Assembly: GCF_001194135.2 (NCBI RefSeq)
Contig: NC_068994.1
Location: 54,742,859 to 54,776,539 of the forward strand
DNA length: 33,681 nt
Direction: 5' to 3'
Source: Octopus bimaculoides
Lineage: Eukaryota
Below the pieces are notes generated by a model, which did no database searches, was not told the origin of the DNA, and saw only the letters and a list, made by a program, of their open reading frames with translations. Numbering within the stretch: position 1 is the first letter of the stretch; each line of letters begins with the position of its first letter. The position numbers were made by a program, and so were the translations under genes. Shown here in pieces: positions 30,809 through 33,681 of this stretch.

Positions 30809-32766
30809 TCATTGTTGGTTTAAAAAAAATTTTTTTTAAATGTTTTGTTTCCATTCGTTATTCTTTTGTTAGTTTTTAATCACTGGAACTATTTGCTTTA
30901 CCCCAACCCTTTATGTTTGAGAGCACTCCGTCGGTTACGACAACGAGGGTCCCAGCTGATACGATCAATGGAACAGCTTGCTTGTGAAATTAACGTGCAA
31001 TTTCCTTGAACAAAATTTACAGTCAAAAAATGGTAGGTTAATTTCTACCCAAAGATGGCTTTGGAGAACCAAAAATTCCATGTGAAATGTAACAGGATTT
31101 GGAAAGATTGGTTGAATGTTTACATTTACTTGCTACATCAACTTGTATGCCAGAAAATACAATATGACTACTACACGAATTTGGATGGAACTTTCTAGCA
31201 TGACATAATGATCATTGGTATTCATTGTCAATGTGGCTTTTACCAGTTGCCATGTTACTTTTCTCTGCCCAGGTAGGTTGAATACAAGCAAGTTGATTAC
31301 TTTTTGGTGTTTTCACATAAATTTACAAGTGATCTTCCTGTCTTAGAGCTAAATTTGTGTTCTGGTAGACTCTGCAATTATCAGAGAAAAATCATTCCAA
31401 GTTATACCTTCATCTCTTCCGTTTATATAATAAAGGTAGGCTCAGAATCAATAAATCTCTGTAGCGCTTAGATCGTTTCTGTCTACAGATAACACAGATA
31501 TTTTAATTATTTTCTCTAAATCAATAATATATAAATAAATAGATAATTATAATTAATCCTTGAAAAAAAATAATACAAAATTCTAACTCACTACTTGAGG
31601 TATTAACCGTCAAGATGCTCAAAATTTAAAATTTTCAAAGAATTTCACTTGATAAAATGCAAGAAATAAATGCATCTGATGCAAACAGGAAATCTTTTGA
31701 ATGAATGTTCTTTCTAAAATAAAGCTAAACTTTGTTCCTCGTTATCATTTATTTATTAGGTTTTCCTTTTCTCTCTACATTAATTATGATATTACTGACC
31801 TGACTAAAACCAAAAAAGATCGTTGGTGGAAGAGAAAAAAAAAGAACGTTAGTTGTAGCCAAGAATGTAACAAAGGATTTTCATTAAGTACATGTTGGAC
31901 CCTCTTGTCAAACATGTGAAATGGTTTGTTGGTTGGTCTTTCCTTTGAAACTGTGGATGTCAAAGGTGATAAGACAATTAGGATTTCATTTTATGGCGTT
32001 GGGTTCTTCCATTAAATAGATTTGGAATGCTTATTAGCAACAGTAGAAACATGTGTTGCTTACCTTCTTAACTGACGATAGTATGTTGGTCAATCTCAGT
32101 TCTGACACTACTTTGTTGATCGATGGTGATGCTGGTGTCTTTCAGTGGTGCCTGGTAATGGTTTCCTTCTTAGAGTCACTCACGCCAGCTGAAACGAAGG
32201 ACAAGTACTTTTGACTAAGAACTATTAAACAGTGCACCTCTGCATTAAGATTTGGTAGACGGAGACTGAAAGAAGCCCGTCGTTTATGTGTATATATATA
32301 TATATATGTGTGTGCGTGTTTACGGATCCCGTAACTTAGCGGTTCGGCAAAAGAGACCAATAGAATAACTACTAGGCTTACAAAGAATAAGTTCTTGGGT
32401 CGATTTGCTCGACTAAAGGCGGTGCTCCAACATGGCCGCAGTCAAATGACTGAAACAAAAGAATAAATAAATAAATAAATATATATATATATATATATAT
32501 ATAAAAACACAGCACAGAGACATGAAACTAGGAGGCACGAAAGAAAGTCTCAATAAGCCACACTGAGCAACCCTTTCATTCGTTTTAGACAATTCAACGA
32601 TCGTAAGCAAATGTGTGTGTATTTACACAGGTGTGTGTGTGTGTCCACTTTATTATATAGCGCCACCAACTACTTTGTTAATGCCTCTACGTACACATGT
32701 ATGCATTTATCTAAAGACTGTTATAAAACATAAAAGTAATACAGTTCTATATTTAAGAGATGAGGA

Positions 32767-33117
32767 ATTATTTACATTTGACAGATATTTGTCCTCATCC
32801 TGTTTGTTGTTAACAACGTTTCGGCTGATATAACCTCCAGCCTTCATCAGGTGTCTTGGGGAAATTTCGATTTATAAGCCCTAAAATTCACTCCACGGGC
32901 ATATGGCGTAGTGGTTAAGATCGCGAGCTACTAACCCCAAGATTCCGAAGTCTATTCCAGGCGACCTGGATAATAACATCGAAAAATACCTTAGGAATGA
33001 GAACCCAAGTTCGAAATTTCCCCCAAGACACCTGATGAAGGCTGGCGGGTATATCAGCCGAAACGTTGTGTTAACAACAAACAGGATGAGGACAAATATC
33101 AGTCAAATATAAATAAT
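32767..33117 (+). mobile_element. tRNA-headed element with a hammerhead-containing tail (about 32895-33117) plus an upstream inverted copy of the tail (32767-32870)
   Basis: A box TGGCGTAGTGG at 32904-32914, decayed B box at about 32947-32958; 32767-32870 is the reverse complement of 33011-33117 with few differences. Confidence 0.7.
33027..33072 (+). ncRNA. minimal type I hammerhead ribozyme (Penelope-type)
   Basis: stem I GACAC/GUGUU, core CUGAUGA (33032-38) plus an extra A, stem II GGCUG/CAGCC, GAAA, palindromic ACGU stem III; predicted cut after GUU at 33067. Confidence 0.65.
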
Positions 33118-33681
33118 GAACATTAAAGTACTTAATAGAAATTTTAAAATGTGAAAATCGGACTACAGCGGAATTTAGTTGATTAATGTGTGTGCATGAC
33201 TTATCGGACTTCACCATAAGGGAGGTGTTTGTACATTGAAATGAAACACAACGGGATTAAAGATTGCAGCGTGTAAAACATTAAACATACATGTGGGTGA
33301 GATCTCTGTTGCTATGCAGACAGAAAGACGAACGTCTCTGTTACTTATTCCATACGTGATCAAAGACATGAGAAGTTGAACGACGTGTCACGACAATACG
33401 TGATTGCCTGTCCGCCCCCCTCCTCCACCTCTCCTTTCGTTCATTTTTTTTTTATTGTGTCGTACAGAAATTTCTGTAGCAACTGTTCGTTTGAATCACT
33501 GCCCACGTTTAAATGCGTGCGACACTGCCCACTCCACGTCTCCTTCCTCCCACAAACCGATATATATGCACACGCGCGCGTGTCTACCTACATGTCTGTG
33601 TGTGTGTATATATATATATATATATCAACAATTATATTGATAAGAATTATCATGAAGTGGCATAACATTACCTTTAAACGT

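Noticed and set aside
31880-32150. Coding-like stretch on the minus strand
   Set aside because: All frames are interrupted by stops and I recognise no motif; it may be a decayed transposon.
32895-32970. tRNA gene
   Set aside because: The B box/T-arm is decayed, no acceptor stem pairs, and it is fused to a repeat tail; it is a SINE head.

Overview
AT-rich, repeat-dense eukaryotic DNA. The SINE families and microsatellites look like an octopus/coleoid cephalopod draft assembly; this is my recognition, not a database result. The window is dominated by one + strand spliced gene, the largest subunit of RNA polymerase I (POLR1A/RPA1). I can place 29 GT-AG coding exons from 1158 to the stop at 30805-30807 (4574 nt, about 1520 aa). 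Reading phases are consistent across every visible junction. The N-terminal exons lie upstream of the window, and one ~40-codon exon is missing, probably inside the N-gap at 14881-15805. Introns hold at least three SINE families, piggyBac-type (TTAA) and hAT-type MITEs, and Penelope-like termini. Main points of interest: (1) a tRNA-headed element whose tail folds into a minimal Penelope-type hammerhead ribozyme and is duplicated as a ~105-bp inverted repeat (32767-33117); (2) two more hammerhead-like termini showing a compensatory stem change; (3) unusual substitutions at conserved Pol I positions ([10 protein letters not shown], bridge-helix KTSHSG, switch-1 TQKG), five of them G->A changes that A-to-I editing would revert, although CpG decay explains four equally well; (4) several intronic inverted SINE pairs, including a ~290-bp-arm foldback with a 1-nt loop; (5) coding repeats in Pol I-specific insertions. 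All comparisons to human/yeast/bacterial motifs are from memory and need confirming by alignment.
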